Positions 38,636 to 39,893 of a DNA stretch of 39,893 nucleotides are shown here, piece by piece. The DNA is from an uncultured virus (IMG/VR IMGVR_UViG_2061766007_003888). Taxonomy: Duplodnaviria > Heunggongvirae > Uroviricota > Caudoviricetes. The notes beneath the pieces were generated by a model. The model had not been told where the DNA came from. It saw only the letters and a program-made list of their open reading frames with translations, and did not search any database. Position numbers and translations under genes: made by a program. How positions within the stretch are numbered: position 1 is the stretch's first letter; each line of letters opens with the position of its first letter. The stretch lies in the IMG/VR virus record IMGVR_UViG_2061766007_003888. One strand, 5' to 3'.

Positions 38636-38662
38636 AAAAGGCGGCATATATACCGCCTTTTT
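38636..38662 (-). terminator. Intrinsic terminator after the xylanase
   Basis: AAAAGGCGG-catatata-CCGCCTTTT just beyond the stop codon. Confidence 0.75.
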
Positions 38663-38678
38663 CTTGAAAAACTTGCGA

Positions 38679-39893
38679 TTACTTCACGAAAGTTACCGAA
38701 TTATGGCCGTCCCGCAGTATATACGTACCGTGGTTTACCCCGTTAATCATCCGTATAGCATCATTTCGCGTATAGGCGCTTATACGACCGATAAAATGGC
38801 CATTTATATCGAATATACTGTAATGCTTCAAAACCGGCCCAGAATGCACCGGTTGGACATATAACGTGCCCCCGCATTCGGGAGAGCCGGACACGCAGAC
38901 GTCCCGGACTATTTCGAACCAGTCGATATCTATATATTCCTTGGCTATTTCCAGGGTCAAAATCTGTTCACCGGCTTCCAGATGGATTTTTCCGGAAATC
39001 TCGTCATACTTGGTCCACGAGTCACCCTCGTACGTCAGGGTATCGGATACTACGCCGTCGCCTACCTTGAAAACAACGGCACCGGTACCGTCTGCAGCGA
39101 CAGCCACACGAACCGTATAGTCATCAGCCTGCGGAACATTTATTGTATACTGGTAATAATTGCCGGTCTGATTATACCCGAGAACCACCCCGCCGTTCTT
39201 CTCGTAGAAATTCACGTTTACCTTCCTGTAATCAGAGTCGCCGTTACCGGAAGAACCGACAAAGAACGAGTTGTTCCCCTTGCCCTTGCCCGGATTGTCG
39301 AAATCTTCCGCCTGGATTTTCTCGGTCAGGTCGAACGGCTTGCCCTTGAACGGCGTCTGCGGCTCAGGCTCGATCTCGGTAAGCTCGCCTGTCGGAAGCC
39401 CTGTCGTATTGACTCCCTTGTTGGTAGAAAGATATTCCTTCAACCAGGTCATAGCGGCGCGGTCCCTGCCGTCCTTGATAATACCGGATGTACCGTCATT
39501 CCATGTAGCGCCATAAATATATCCCCATAGAGTAATACCGGCGACATGCTCGTTTTCCATGAACAGCGTAATCTGTTCCTGGTAACACTGCTTCTGTGTC
39601 TGGTCATTATCCGTAAAGATATCGTATTCGGAAATGAACATCGGTGTTTCCGTCTTCTGCCAAATCTCGTCAAGAACGCTACGCAACGTATTGATACTCA
39701 GACAGCCGCCACCGCCGCCGGTACCGCCCTGGCCACCACCCTGGGTCATCATGTCGTGTGCCTGTAAGCCGTAAGCATCTACAGGCGCACCCTGTTTCTT
39801 CAGTTTCTGGATAAGGTCAATACCTTCGTTCTTCTGCCACTGAACAGTATTGTAGTCGTTATAAATCAAGATAGCTTCCGGCCAACGTTCACG
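38679..39893 (-). CDS. GH10 xylanase C-terminal half, CBM6-like module and C-terminal tail
   Basis: VDAYGLQAH, FISEYDI (nucleophile Glu), GITLWGY; IQAEDFD..YQYTINV..IDIDWFEI; YSIFDINGHFIG..GTYILR. 39844-39893 is the exact reverse complement of 17376-17425. Confidence 0.92.
   Translation of the reverse strand, partial: RERWPEAILIYNDYNTVQWQKNEGIDLIQKLKKQGAPVDAYGLQAHDMMTQGGGQGGTGGGGGCLSINTLRSVLDEIWQKTETPMFISEYDIFTDNDQTQKQCYQEQITLFMENEHVAGITLWGYIYGATWNDGTSGIIKDGRDRAAMTWLKEYLSTNKGVNTTGLPTGELTEIEPEPQTPFKGKPFDLTEKIQAEDFDNPGKGKGNNSFFVGSSGNGDSDYRKVNVNFYEKNGGVVLGYNQTGNYYQYTINVPQADDYTVRVAVAADGTGAVVFKVGDGVVSDTLTYEGDSWTKYDEISGKIHLEAGEQILTLEIAKEYIDIDWFEIVRDVCVSGSPECGGTLYVQPVHSGPVLKHYSIFDINGHFIGRISAYTRNDAIRMINGVNHGTYILRDGHNSVTFVK

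Noticed and set aside
38679..38720. GHNS near the xylanase C-terminus as the missing IntC splice junction
   Set aside because: Only five residues follow it and there is no terminase nuclease domain.
1..39893. tRNA, rRNA, CRISPR array, integrase or IS element
   Set aside because: None recognised by eye; intergenic spaces are short and occupied by promoters and terminators. No covariance search was run.

Overview
About 40 kb of a large T4-like myovirus genome covering virion morphogenesis. It is a gapped, strain-mixed metagenomic scaffold: near-identical allelic fragments are repeated across 10-N gaps, and 17636-39893 appears inverted relative to the first part. Recognisable genes: portal (gp20), tail tube (gp19), an enlarged tail sheath (gp18), scaffold (gp22), major capsid (gp23), terminase (gp17), prohead protease (gp21), tail terminator (gp15), baseplate spike (gp5), gp25, hub-like and tape-measure-like genes, two AT-rich homing-endonuclease-like paralogs, a DHH phosphoesterase, a ferritin/Dps-like protein and an NDT-like/metallophosphoesterase fusion. 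Many genes follow T4-type late promoters (TATAAATA). Main highlights: (1) the terminase gene stops after its ATPase domain with a 36-aa intein N-fragment (atypically split intein) whose partner half is not in the window; (2) a secreted GH10 xylanase with a CBM6-like module and a Fibrobacter-style tail sits, gap-free, between phage genes; (3) several late genes look leaderless, two of them behind palindromic bidirectional promoters; (4) a leader with complementary-loop hairpins precedes one endonuclease. All family calls come from motif recognition by eye; no database search was run.
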